DNA of 64,000 nt from Candidatus Bathyarchaeia archaeon (GTDB lineage: Archaea; Thermoproteota; Bathyarchaeia; Bathyarchaeales; Bathycorpusculaceae): positions 160,001 to 224,000 of the forward strand of contig JBEKKK010000001.1 of the NCBI GenBank assembly GCA_050010755.1, read 5' to 3'. Below the pieces are notes generated by a model, which saw only the letters and a list, made by a program, of their open reading frames with translations, had not been told where the DNA came from and did not search any database. Positions 19,467 to 29,706 of the stretch are shown here, piece by piece. Position numbers and translations under genes: made by a program. The number at the start of each line of letters is the position of its first letter. The first letter of the stretch is position 1.

Positions 19467-21584
19467 ATGAATGAGTCAGACTTAACGGGCTTAAGACCAG
19501 CTCAACTTTCAGTCACCGTACTCGTTGCGACTGTTGCGCTTTGGTTTTCCGTGATATTTAATCTAGTGGTTGTTCGGGAAGTACTTGGATTCGTCTACCT
19601 CACTTTTTTGCCGGGTTTTGCACTTCTACGCTTGCTAAGGTTGAAGCTTGAAGTAGTCGAATCAATAGTTTTTGCGGTTGGTCTGAGCATCGCTTTCCTG
19701 ATGGTTGTAGGCCTTCTCTTAAATCTCCTAGGACCTTTGATTGGTATCTCAGGGCCTCTTGCACTGACCCCTTTAATGGTAGTTGTTACTGCAATTGTGC
19801 TATTGCTCTGGTTCGTTCGGCGAGACTATTATGATATTCGCGTATTTTCTTTTGGGTTCAAAAAGCTAATTGCCATTGGAGCCGTCGCGTCTGGGATAAT
19901 TATCTGTAGCGTGATTGGGGCAATTTTAGTTAACGCTCCTCCGCATAGCAATAACCTGATCTTGCTTTTCACGCTCGCTTTAATATCGATCCTCGTTGGA
20001 ATTTCAGTTTTCTCCAAAAGACTAGTGCCTCCTGAATCATATCCTCTAATCCTATTTGCTATCGCAACTGCGCTTCTGCTTCCCGTTTCCCTATTTTCTG
20101 AATACATACATGGTGGAGATATTTTCAGTGAATATGTTGCCTTCAAGCTCACGCTAAGCAGCTCTTTTTGGAACCCGGCAATATCAGGCAGAGTATATGC
20201 AATGCTGAGTGTGACGATTCTTCCGACGATATATTCTAACATTTTGGGTTTAGAACCAACTTGGATACTGAAAATTGTTTATCCTTTGATTTTTGCGATA
20301 GTCCCTCTAGGAGTATTTCAGCTCTTCAAATCCAAATTCGGAAAGGAAACTGCCTTTTTCTCCGTCGTTTTCTTTGTTTCAAACCTCGTTTTCTTCTCAG
20401 AAATCGTAACGCTCGCAAGACAGATGATTGGTGAACTGTTCTTCATCTTGCTGTTTCTGACGATCTTCAGTAAGAATATTAAGGGTTACGCAAAATGGTC
20501 GTGCTTTTGCATTTTCAGCTTTGGATTAGCCGTATCACATTATGCGTTGTCCTACATCTTTTTGATTTTCATCATTGCTTTTTGGCTTTTTAGTTTTTTC
20601 AGCAAACGCAAGATGTCAGTAAGTGTTGGCATGGTTTTCACATTTGCCGCCATCACTTTTGCTTGGTACATCTACAGTTCTGCATCATCAACATTTAACG
20701 ACCTGCTGAACATGATCAACAATATAACATCCAATTTTACCTCCGATTTTCTTAATCTTCAGTCCCGAGGAAGTTCGGTCTTGCAGGGCACCGGCCTTGA
20801 GAGCGGAGTGGGAACGTTCTGGCATATATGGGGCACATACCTTTACTATGCTACTGAAATACTCATCGTGGTCGGTTTTCTCGGCCTACTACTAAGGCAA
20901 CGAAGATCGTTTTTCAAGGACGAATATTATATTATGACTTTTCTTAACATGGCGCTTCTTGTGGCGTGCATCGTTGTGCCTAATTTGGCGACCAGTTTTA
21001 ACATGACCAGATTCTACCAACTGTCACTTTTCTTCTTAGCACCATTCTGCGTAATCGGAGGGAGGGATATCGTGCGCTTTTTGTCACGGAAAAGAATCAA
21101 AGAAAAATACCTTTTGGCAATCGTTGTCTTAGCGGTAATCATACCTTTCTTTCTCTTTCAGACTGACTTTGTTTATGAAGTCGCCAAGGAACAAAGCATT
21201 TCGTTGCCGCTCAGTTCATACAGGTTAAGTTCTTATCAGCTAACTTATGATGGCGTTCTCAAACCAACTGAGGTCTCGGGGGCAAGATGGTTATTGCAAT
21301 TCAACAGCCTGAACGAAACCATCTATTCAGATTGGCAGTTCGGAATAATGTTTGACTACGTGGGGATTCCAGAAATTATCGCGGGCGGCACTATCGCACC
21401 ATCTTCGGAAGTGCCGATGGGGAAAGGTTCTCTCCTTTATTTAGGGGAATATAATATAATCGACGGAGTCGTCTCCATCAGTTACGGGTCTGCTCCGCTA
21501 AATATCACTCAGATTGACCCTAATCTCAATGGCACAAATCTAGTCTATTCCAGCGGATCTTCTGAAATATACCAAATCCCTTAG
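19467..21584 (+). CDS. DUF2206-type multi-pass membrane protein (GT-C-like)
   Basis: Many TMs, HGGDIFSEY, ARQMIGELF, SHY, TRFYQ, C-terminal soluble domain. Confidence 0.75.
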   Translation: MNESDLTGLRPAQLSVTVLVATVALWFSVIFNLVVVREVLGFVYLTFLPGFALLRLLRLKLEVVESIVFAVGLSIAFLMVVGLLLNLLGPLIGISGPLALTPLMVVVTAIVLLLWFVRRDYYDIRVFSFGFKKLIAIGAVASGIIICSVIGAILVNAPPHSNNLILLFTLALISILVGISVFSKRLVPPESYPLILFAIATALLLPVSLFSEYIHGGDIFSEYVAFKLTLSSSFWNPAISGRVYAMLSVTILPTIYSNILGLEPTWILKIVYPLIFAIVPLGVFQLFKSKFGKETAFFSVVFFVSNLVFFSEIVTLARQMIGELFFILLFLTIFSKNIKGYAKWSCFCIFSFGLAVSHYALSYIFLIFIIAFWLFSFFSKRKMSVSVGMVFTFAAITFAWYIYSSASSTFNDLLNMINNITSNFTSDFLNLQSRGSSVLQGTGLESGVGTFWHIWGTYLYYATEILIVVGFLGLLLRQRRSFFKDEYYIMTFLNMALLVACIVVPNLATSFNMTRFYQLSLFFLAPFCVIGGRDIVRFLSRKRIKEKYLLAIVVLAVIIPFFLFQTDFVYEVAKEQSISLPLSSYRLSSYQLTYDGVLKPTEVSGARWLLQFNSLNETIYSDWQFGIMFDYVGIPEIIAGGTIAPSSEVPMGKGSLLYLGEYNIIDGVVSISYGSAPLNITQIDPNLNGTNLVYSSGSSEIYQIP

Positions 21585-21852
21585 CGCGTATGGACAAAGA
21601 AACGAGCCTGGAAACGAAACTTACGGTCGTTGCTGGAATGGTTAATATGAAAAATATCTGGCGTAGCGTATTTGACAGCTGCGAGAGATACATTTCCGAA
21701 AAGCTTGCCTTTGGCGCCCATTTTCTAGTCTTTTGAGTTATCTGATGAAAAATCTGGACATACAGCTTCATTACATCTATTGGCTGTACAATCTCACTAA
21801 AGCATGATAACTTGTTTGTTCCCCCAAGGCTGAAGGAAGGACATAATTCAAC

Positions 21853-22959
21853 ATGCGAATAATTGAAGTCAACAAGTACGACGATTTCTTAGCACTTGAG
21901 GAAGCATGGAACGATATCCTCAAAAGATGCGGTCGTCACACTGTTTTTTCAACATGGGAGTGGCTAACAACTTGGTGGAAGCACTTTGGAAAAGACAAGA
22001 AGCTTCTGCTTCTTTTAGCGAAGGAAAACGACACGATTCTCGGAATAGCTCCGCTTATGTACTCGGTTCATAAAATGTTTGGTCTTCGAATGGGGAAGAT
22101 TGAGTTCATAGGAACGGGGACTTCAGATTACAACGATTTCATATTGACGAAAAGAACCGAAGAGTGCCTAAGACTGTTTATCGATTACCTTTATGATCTT
22201 CCAGAGAATTGGAAATGTGTTGACCTGATCGACATACAGGAGAATTCCAATAGCTTGCTCTTTCTAAGAAGAATTTCGAGTTTGAAGCCAGTTCACGAAT
22301 GTTCGTATTTTATCCTGCCAAACTCCTACGAAGCATTTCTGATGAATAATTTGAAAAGAAAACAAAGGAAACATGTCTATAGAAACGCGCGAAATCTTGA
22401 AAGGGCTTTCAAAGTAGAAGTTCTCGATTGTTCTAATGTTCAATCGTTTACAGAGGGAATGCAGTGTCTATTTGAACTGCACCAGAAAAGATGGGAATCG
22501 AGAGGATTTGAGGGAATCTTCGCTGATGGAAAATCTCGTGATTTCCATCTCGATATCGCTAGAGCGTTCTCGCAAAAAGAATGGTTGGGATTGGATTTAC
22601 TCACAGTTTCCGGGAAAAAAATTTCAGCAAACTACGGTTTTAAGTATCACTCCAAATATTACGCATATATCACCGGTTTTGACCCGGAATACACCAGATA
22701 CAGCGTCGGAAACGTGCTAGTTGCATATTCCATACGGAGATCTATTGATGAAGGACTGACGGAGTACGATTTCTTGAGAGGCGCAGAAGAATACAAAATT
22801 CGTTGGAACACAATCTCCAGATGGAATAGCAGAGCAATTCTGATCAGAAAAGGCATCGCTGCAAACATCGAGCTTAGGCTATATTATGAATACTGGAATC
22901 AAGGAAATAGACTGAAGTCCCTCTTGAAAATACCTTACGAGCATGTGCCAGCTTTTTAG
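21853..22959 (+). CDS. GNAT acyltransferase, CelD/BcsL type
   Basis: FSTWEWL..WW.HFG, GIAPL, SDYNDF, LHQKRW, YDFLRGAEEYK.RW. Confidence 0.85.
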   Translation: MRIIEVNKYDDFLALEEAWNDILKRCGRHTVFSTWEWLTTWWKHFGKDKKLLLLLAKENDTILGIAPLMYSVHKMFGLRMGKIEFIGTGTSDYNDFILTKRTEECLRLFIDYLYDLPENWKCVDLIDIQENSNSLLFLRRISSLKPVHECSYFILPNSYEAFLMNNLKRKQRKHVYRNARNLERAFKVEVLDCSNVQSFTEGMQCLFELHQKRWESRGFEGIFADGKSRDFHLDIARAFSQKEWLGLDLLTVSGKKISANYGFKYHSKYYAYITGFDPEYTRYSVGNVLVAYSIRRSIDEGLTEYDFLRGAEEYKIRWNTISRWNSRAILIRKGIAANIELRLYYEYWNQGNRLKSLLKIPYEHVPAF

Positions 22960-23015
22960 CGTGCGCCAGTCAGACATTAACTAGGTTTGGGAGAACGCAC
23001 TAAGGAACCAAAAAA

Positions 23016-23933
23016 ATGAAGCCAGTTGAAATAGGGGAACTCCCATTCGTTTCGATTGTTGTTTGCACTTATAATAGAAAGAAGCTTTTGAAGGATTGTC
23101 TCAATTCGATCTTTTCGGCTGACTATCCTTCATCCCTCTATGAAGTCATAATCGTCGACGGAGGATCGACGGACGGTACGAAAGAACTTTGCAAGGCCTT
23201 TCCTAAAATCCGATTTATTATCGAAAGCAAATTTGGACTAGCACATGCCAGAAACAAAGGGGCAAGCTTGGCTCGTGGCTCAGTAGTCGCATACGTAGAT
23301 GACGATTGCGTGGTTGACAAATTCTGGCTAAAAAACCTTCTAAAGGGATTTCAATATTCGAAAAGTGTGGTTGGTGTCGGAGGACCTGTCTTTCCATTGC
23401 ATCCTGAACTTATCCCTCCGAAGATCTTCGTACTGGCACCTTTGGGTTTCTATGATGAAGGGAGGGCAATTAAGTTGGTTTCGGGTATAGTCATGCCGAA
23501 TTCGGCGTTCAGAAGACAGATATTTGAGACTATTCAATTTGACGAAACCCTTGGAGTGACAAAAAGAGGAAAACTCATACTGCTCGGAGAAGACACTGAA
23601 TTCTGCAGAAACATCATAAACTCTGGATATCAACTGTTGTACACACCTTATGCGAAGGTTTATCACCAGATGATTATGGAACGGCTTACTGTAAGATACA
23701 TAATAGAGCATTCTTTCGGCAATGGAATAGTAACCGCAAAATCCATCCTGAAACAAAAGAACTCGAGAATCTGGGCAGTGAGAATAGCTTCGGGCGGAGT
23801 GGCTCAAGCTTTCTTCGCATCTTTCTCTAGAAGATCCTTCACTTCATGTTATATGTTAGTAGCCGCGGTATCAACACTTTTAATGAGCATTACGTCCCTT
23901 GATGAAGTATTGGTTCCATCACCCAAGCATTGA
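23016..23933 (+). CDS. Glycosyltransferase family 2
   Basis: SIVVCTYNR, VDGGSTD, YVDDDC, GEDTE. Confidence 0.9.
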   Translation: MKPVEIGELPFVSIVVCTYNRKKLLKDCLNSIFSADYPSSLYEVIIVDGGSTDGTKELCKAFPKIRFIIESKFGLAHARNKGASLARGSVVAYVDDDCVVDKFWLKNLLKGFQYSKSVVGVGGPVFPLHPELIPPKIFVLAPLGFYDEGRAIKLVSGIVMPNSAFRRQIFETIQFDETLGVTKRGKLILLGEDTEFCRNIINSGYQLLYTPYAKVYHQMIMERLTVRYIIEHSFGNGIVTAKSILKQKNSRIWAVRIASGGVAQAFFASFSRRSFTSCYMLVAAVSTLLMSITSLDEVLVPSPKH

Positions 23934-24196
23934 ACGCGGGGACAAACTGACGGCTTAGCTCAGGCAAATGTCGATAAAGACACACGCTTAGTAAAGGAGC
24001 GCGCTCAGATGAAGACTACTATTATGATTCAATCCAGTGAAGAGCGCGCGCAGGTCGTTTTTCGAGAGAGAACCCTATCATTTTCCGCAGATTGAATGCT
24101 TCTTATCACGCGTGTTTGACCATCGATGAACAGTTTTGAATAGGGCTGTTTGAAATATGCGAGCTTAAGACGGAGAAATGGAATGGTGCCCTTAAA

Positions 24197-25336
24197 TTGA
24201 AAGTGCTCATGCTTACGCCCACCTACTATCCTATCGTAGGTGGGGCTGAAACGATGGTTCAACGACTTGCTATCGAGCTTAATCTGCGTCAGATCAGAAC
24301 AGACATACTGACTTTTAACATGGACAAAGTATGGAGTCCTAAGTGGAGAGAAAAAACAGAGATTTCGAATCAAGGCTTTCGCATTTTCAAGATTCCAGCG
24401 TTGAACTGGACACCTATGATCAGTGCCTCAAGATACAAAATGGGCGTGAATCTTGTTCCTGGAAGGTTCTGGAACATGCTGAAATTTTATGACATTCTGC
24501 ATTATCACGTAGGAGATCTCAGTTTTCCCCTTTTCTCGCTTCCTTCCCAACAGCCGAAAGTATGTCAATTGCATGGCTTTGATTACGATGCTGCCAGAAG
24601 AAGTTTTCCCATTCGATACATCCTGAAGCATGCAGGAGATGTCTGGCTTACACCGACAGAACAGATGAAAAACGACTTAGCTAGGCTGGGTATGGCAGAA
24701 CAGAAAATCATGTGTCTTCCCAACAGCCTTGACATCCGAGTTTTCCGTCCAGCAGGGAAGAAGGAAGACAACCTCCTTCTTTTCGTTGGAAGAATACACC
24801 CTGGCAAAGGACTACATGTTCTTTTGAATTCATTACGTTATCTTGAACAGCCTGTTAGACTGGTCATTATCGGCCCTCCAGCCTGGAATTCAGAATACTT
24901 CAACCGAGTGCTCAAAACAATAGAAAAAATAAACCTCGAAGGCCAACATAGAGTCGAGTACATCGGCGAGAAAAGTCAAGAAGACATCATAGGATGGTAT
25001 CAACGAGCATCAATCCTTGTTTTGCCGCCCTTGGCGTACGAGGCCCTTGGCCTAGTGAACTTAGAAGCATTGGCTTGCGAAACTCCAGTAGTGGCAACGG
25101 ATGTGGGCGGAATCAGTGAAGCGGTTCATAGCGGAGAAAACGGAATACTCGTCAAACCGAATGATCCCGTCAGTTTGGCTAGCGCTATTCAGTACCTGTT
25201 GGACAACGAGAACATCAGAAGAAGGTTCGGCGAAGAAGGCAGAAGACTCGTCATGAAAAAGTTTTCAACAGACGCTGTTGTGCAAAAACTCATCACGATT
25301 TACGAGCGACTGCTTGCTTCCCGCTCTAGGACATGA
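24197..25336 (+). CDS. Glycosyltransferase family 4
   Basis: YYPIVGGAE, FVGRIHPGKG, EALGLVNLEALACETPVV. Confidence 0.9.
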   Translation: MKVLMLTPTYYPIVGGAETMVQRLAIELNLRQIRTDILTFNMDKVWSPKWREKTEISNQGFRIFKIPALNWTPMISASRYKMGVNLVPGRFWNMLKFYDILHYHVGDLSFPLFSLPSQQPKVCQLHGFDYDAARRSFPIRYILKHAGDVWLTPTEQMKNDLARLGMAEQKIMCLPNSLDIRVFRPAGKKEDNLLLFVGRIHPGKGLHVLLNSLRYLEQPVRLVIIGPPAWNSEYFNRVLKTIEKINLEGQHRVEYIGEKSQEDIIGWYQRASILVLPPLAYEALGLVNLEALACETPVVATDVGGISEAVHSGENGILVKPNDPVSLASAIQYLLDNENIRRRFGEEGRRLVMKKFSTDAVVQKLITIYERLLASRSRT

Positions 25337-25383
25337 ATGCTCGCCGCGTCAAAAACAAGTTACACAGAGAGGTCAAGTAGCAG

Positions 25384-26340
25384 ATGCGTAAACTTTTTCT
25401 GACGTTCGACACTGAAGATTTCATCAGCAACAACTCTATCCCAGTTTTGAAATGGATTCTCGAACAACTCAGAAAGCATGATTTGATAGCGCTCTTCTTC
25501 ATAACTGGCAACATGGCTGAAAAGCTTCAAAACTCCCCAGCTGTCGTGGACCTCCTCAGCGAACATCAAATAGGCTACCACGCATCCAGCCATTCAGTCC
25601 GCCCTGCAATCTTCGAATTCACCGACGTCGAAAACTACCAGCAAGCCCGCAAAATCTCCCTCGAAAGAGAAACGGCAAGCATCAACCCCTTAACAGGAGA
25701 AATCGAAGGCAAAGGAGGAATTCTCCTTCTAAGAGAACTATTTCCTCACAGACAAATAGCGTCCTTTAGAGCTCCAGGACATTGCTGGACGCCACCTCAC
25801 TTGGAGGCACTTAGAACTCTAGGCATAACCTTCGATTTTTCCACCAACCTTTCATCGACAACTATCAACTTTGAAGGCACAACTTTCTACTCTTATCCTA
25901 CCCTCGGTCATTGGGAAGGGAAAAGATGGGAATATCGTCGCCTACTTACATCTGTACTCAAGAAGAAACTGATTGTTTTGACATGCCATCCAAGCCTGCT
26001 GGTCAACAAAACCGCATGGGATTCAATTTATTTCTACTCCAACCCGAAGACGCTTACTTCACCCTCCCCAAGGACCCCTGCAGAAGCAAGACACTTGCTT
26101 CACAACTTCGATTCGTTGCTCAGCAACATCTCAACACTGCGTAAAATGCAGATCATCAACACAACACCAAAACTGGAATCAACGAACAATACCTTGAAAC
26201 TCACCGACTCAGGCATTAGAGAATGCTACAACTGGAGTATGAGGTGGGCAATAAGTCTCCACCATCATCCAAAATTCATCTTTAACCATTTCTTGGAATA
26301 CTTCAAACAAACACGTTCCAGCGACCCGAGAGCGGAGTGA
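25384..26340 (+). CDS. Polysaccharide deacetylase family protein (paralog of 7526-8479)
   Basis: FLTFDTEDFI, HQIGYH, INPLTGEIEGKGGI identical in both copies. Confidence 0.8.
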   Translation: MRKLFLTFDTEDFISNNSIPVLKWILEQLRKHDLIALFFITGNMAEKLQNSPAVVDLLSEHQIGYHASSHSVRPAIFEFTDVENYQQARKISLERETASINPLTGEIEGKGGILLLRELFPHRQIASFRAPGHCWTPPHLEALRTLGITFDFSTNLSSTTINFEGTTFYSYPTLGHWEGKRWEYRRLLTSVLKKKLIVLTCHPSLLVNKTAWDSIYFYSNPKTLTSPSPRTPAEARHLLHNFDSLLSNISTLRKMQIINTTPKLESTNNTLKLTDSGIRECYNWSMRWAISLHHHPKFIFNHFLEYFKQTRSSDPRAE

Positions 26341-26438
26341 ACGAAACATCCTAAGCAAGAGTTAAGAACTACGTTCGCAACTATTGGAAACAAATTATCC
26401 TTAATAGATTTCGCAAAGAAAGCAAGAAGGACCCTACA

Positions 26439-27338
26439 ATGAGTCTCGTCGGTTTTACCAAAGTATCAAACAACACAGTAGACTCGATCAGACAAGCCAT
26501 TCTCGATTGCCTAGCTACCATCAACTACTCATTTGTTAAAGAAGCCAAAAACGTCGTCATCAAACCCAACCTCTGCTATTACTGGGACTACACTACTGGT
26601 CAAACAACAGATCCAAAATTCACAGGCGCCTTAATCGAAGCAATCCGCAAGAAAACGATAGTTAGAGAAATATCCCTGGTGGAATCCGACGCCTCAGCCA
26701 TGAAATGCAAGCACATTTTCAAAATGATGGGTTACGACAAACTCGCAGAAGAATACAACGTCAAACTCGTCGACCTTTCAGAAGACCCCTGCGAAACTGT
26801 CAAAGTCACTGTCGACAACCACCCATTCACTATCAAAGTGCCCAAAACGATAAGAGACGCAGACTTGAAAATCAACGTGCCAAAAATAAAATACACCATG
26901 GAAGAAATCAAAATCACCTGCGCATTGAAAAACATCTTCGGCTGCAACCCCTACCCTAAAAAATTCCAGTATCATCCCAGACTGGGAGAAATAATAGTTG
27001 CAGTAAACAAAGCCATGAAATTCGATCTCTGCATCATAGACGCCAACACAGTCTCAGGCATCCAACCCCGCAGACTTGGACTTGTCATGGCCAGCAAAGA
27101 CCCAGTGGCAATCGACTCGGCAGCCGCAAAAATAGCCGGAGTCAGACCCAGCAGCATGAAATACCTTCAACTGGCACAAAAAGAAGGCTTGGGAACAACT
27201 TCGTACACTGCAAGGGGCATTACCCCAACCTATTTCCATCAAAGGTATCCAAGGAAAAAAGCAATGAACAAAGTCATGGCCAAAGCATATCTTCTCATAA
27301 CTCGTCTGAAATTGGGCAAGAGGATCGGGCTAGAATAA
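26439..27338 (+). CDS. DUF362 domain protein
   Basis: VVIKPNL, TTDP, INVPKIK, CALKNIFG, DPVAID. Confidence 0.85.
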   Translation: MSLVGFTKVSNNTVDSIRQAILDCLATINYSFVKEAKNVVIKPNLCYYWDYTTGQTTDPKFTGALIEAIRKKTIVREISLVESDASAMKCKHIFKMMGYDKLAEEYNVKLVDLSEDPCETVKVTVDNHPFTIKVPKTIRDADLKINVPKIKYTMEEIKITCALKNIFGCNPYPKKFQYHPRLGEIIVAVNKAMKFDLCIIDANTVSGIQPRRLGLVMASKDPVAIDSAAAKIAGVRPSSMKYLQLAQKEGLGTTSYTARGITPTYFHQRYPRKKAMNKVMAKAYLLITRLKLGKRIGLE

Positions 27339-27354
27339 ACGTGGGGTCGAGACA

Positions 27355-28341
27355 CTGAAGAAAGTTGGTCTAGGCATAATCGGCCTCGGATACATCGGAA
27401 GCACTCACCTGAGACACAGCCTCAAACTCCCAAACGTGAACGTCGTCGGAGTCTCAGACGTATCAAAAAAAGCTCTCAACAAGGCCAGGAATGCCGGCGT
27501 CAAGAAAGCATACACAGACTACAAAGATCTTCTAAAACAACCAGAAATCGACGCAGTAATAATCGCTTTGCCAACCCACTTTCACCTTCAATGCGCAACA
27601 GAAGCCGCCGAAGCGAAGAAACAAATCTTTCTCGAAAAACCGATTGCAAGAAACCTTGAAGAAGCAAACGCGATAATCTCAGCCTCCAAGAGAAACTCTG
27701 TGAAACTCATGATCGGTTACCCACTAAGATTCAAAACAGATTTTATCGAGCTAAGAAAAAAAATCCTCAGCGGCATTTTTGGTGAAATAGAAATCGCACA
27801 TGCAACCTACGTCGGATGTGGGCCATTTTTCCACAGAGCCGAGGGATACGCTCCCGTCCCCGTACCCGAATGGTGGTTCAACAAAGAACTAACAGGAGGC
27901 GGTGCACTCATCGACGTGGGCATCCACCTAATCAACATCCTCCGATGGTACTTCGGCGAAATAACGGACATAAAAGGCCAACTGGGGCACAGACTCAACA
28001 TGGACATGGAAGACAGCGCCCTCTGCATAGGCAAATTCGATTCGGGCGTCAGGGCAGTCATAACTGCAGGGTGGTTTAGCCAGAAGAATCGAGTGGAACT
28101 CAAACTCTTCGGAACCGTTGACCACGCCGACACGCAGCAACGCCTCCAAAACCCCTTGAACACTGCGCTCCAAGTGTTTGCAACAGGGACCTCAAAATAT
28201 TTCCAACCGCATTTCGCTGAACTGGGATATTTCGCACACTGCGTAAGCAGAGACCTAAATCCGTCACCTTCAGGCGAAGATGGACTGAAAGACTTACAAG
28301 CAATTTTACTAGCATACAAGAACCAAATAAGCCTCCAATAA
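27355..28341 (+). CDS. Gfo/Idh/MocA family oxidoreductase, probable CTG start
   Basis: Rossmann motif GIIGLGYIG lies upstream of the tracked start (27436), in frame from CTG 27355; LEKP, GGGALIDVGIH. Confidence 0.85.
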   Translation: MKKVGLGIIGLGYIGSTHLRHSLKLPNVNVVGVSDVSKKALNKARNAGVKKAYTDYKDLLKQPEIDAVIIALPTHFHLQCATEAAEAKKQIFLEKPIARNLEEANAIISASKRNSVKLMIGYPLRFKTDFIELRKKILSGIFGEIEIAHATYVGCGPFFHRAEGYAPVPVPEWWFNKELTGGGALIDVGIHLINILRWYFGEITDIKGQLGHRLNMDMEDSALCIGKFDSGVRAVITAGWFSQKNRVELKLFGTVDHADTQQRLQNPLNTALQVFATGTSKYFQPHFAELGYFAHCVSRDLNPSPSGEDGLKDLQAILLAYKNQISLQ

Positions 28342-28575
28342 ACCGTGCCATATCACTACCCGCGCTAGTTTCCATCGCCCATTAGGAAAAGACGGATTCA
28401 AAGACCTAGAAAAACATTATCATGGCTTACGAGCACGCGCCAGAAGCCAGAGAATGAGACGAACTACGCGCCCCAGGATTGGGGCTCTGTCAACATCATA
28501 TTCAAAGGTGATTTTGTGTGAGAAGCAGGCAAGCGCGCTGCGTCGCATGTTGACAATTGGCAATGTCAAGGATAA

Positions 28576-29703
28576 ATGCAGATGAGAATAAGCGAGGTTG
28601 ACAATTTCAACGATTTTGCAACGTTGAAAGACACTTGGAACAATCTCCTACAGCGAAGCAGTCACACTGTATTCTCAACGTGGGAGTGGCTTTCCACATG
28701 GTGGAGGCATTTCGGAAATGGCAGACGCCTCCTGATACTGTTAGCAGAGGAAGATAACAGGCTCATTGGAATAGCCCCCCTCATGTTTTCTGTCCATTCA
28801 ATGTTCGGCCTTCGCAAAGGAACGATAGAATTTCTGGGATCCGGTCCTGTAATCGCGGGCGCGCGCTTTGTAAACTACTCTGATTTCATAATAGAGAACA
28901 AACACGAAAAATGCCTACCCCTCTTTTTTGATTACCTGGACAATCTACAGGAAAAATGGAGTGATGTTGAACTAACGAATATTCCGGGAAAACAAGACTC
29001 CCTGTCACGCCTAAATCAAGTGACAAATAACATAAAGCCTGTGTACCCGTCCCTTCATATTCCGCTCCCAGCAACAAGTGATGCGCTTCTAAAGAGTCTC
29101 AAACACAAGGACAAAAAAGAACTAGGACGATACTCAAGACGGCTTAAAAAAAGCGGCCTTAAAAATGAACTAGTTGATTGTTCCAAAATACAATTAACAT
29201 CGAATGGAATGAAGATGCTTTTTGCTCTCAACCAAAAAAGATGGAACGCAAAAGGGTTGCCAGGTGCCTTCACCGATCCAAATCTCTGCAGTTTTTATTT
29301 GGATATAGCAGAATGTTTCTCACAAAAAGGATGGTTGGGGCTGTACTGCCTCAACCTCTCTGGAAAAACGGTAGGCGTGTTGTATGGTTTCAGATACATG
29401 GGTAAATATTATGCTTACAAAACGGGTATGGACCCGGCATACCGTCACTTCAATGTTGGCAATCTCCTATTCTTAAATGTCATGGAGGAATGCATTAGAG
29501 ATGGATTGACCGAATTCGATTTCATGTGGGGAACAGAAGCCTATAAGATGCAATGGAAAACCTCCAAAAGATGGAACTATGAAGCAATTGTCCCCAAAAA
29601 GAGACCCTTTGGCGGTTTCAAGTATTTACTTTACAACTGGTACTGGTACCAAGGAAAACGACTTGAATATTTTCAAAGAAGGTTGCTGAAAAGGAGTCAA
29701 TAG
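28576..29703 (+). CDS. GNAT acyltransferase, CelD/BcsL type (paralog of 21853-22959)
   Basis: HTVFSTWEWL, GIAPLMFSVH.MFGLR, FDFMWGTEAYK. Confidence 0.85.
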   Translation: MQMRISEVDNFNDFATLKDTWNNLLQRSSHTVFSTWEWLSTWWRHFGNGRRLLILLAEEDNRLIGIAPLMFSVHSMFGLRKGTIEFLGSGPVIAGARFVNYSDFIIENKHEKCLPLFFDYLDNLQEKWSDVELTNIPGKQDSLSRLNQVTNNIKPVYPSLHIPLPATSDALLKSLKHKDKKELGRYSRRLKKSGLKNELVDCSKIQLTSNGMKMLFALNQKRWNAKGLPGAFTDPNLCSFYLDIAECFSQKGWLGLYCLNLSGKTVGVLYGFRYMGKYYAYKTGMDPAYRHFNVGNLLFLNVMEECIRDGLTEFDFMWGTEAYKMQWKTSKRWNYEAIVPKKRPFGGFKYLLYNWYWYQGKRLEYFQRRLLKRSQ

Positions 29704-29706
29704 CGT

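Noticed and set aside
28550-28569. TTGACA-N8-TGTCAA palindrome as an operator
   Set aside because: Single 6-bp-arm occurrence, compatible with chance
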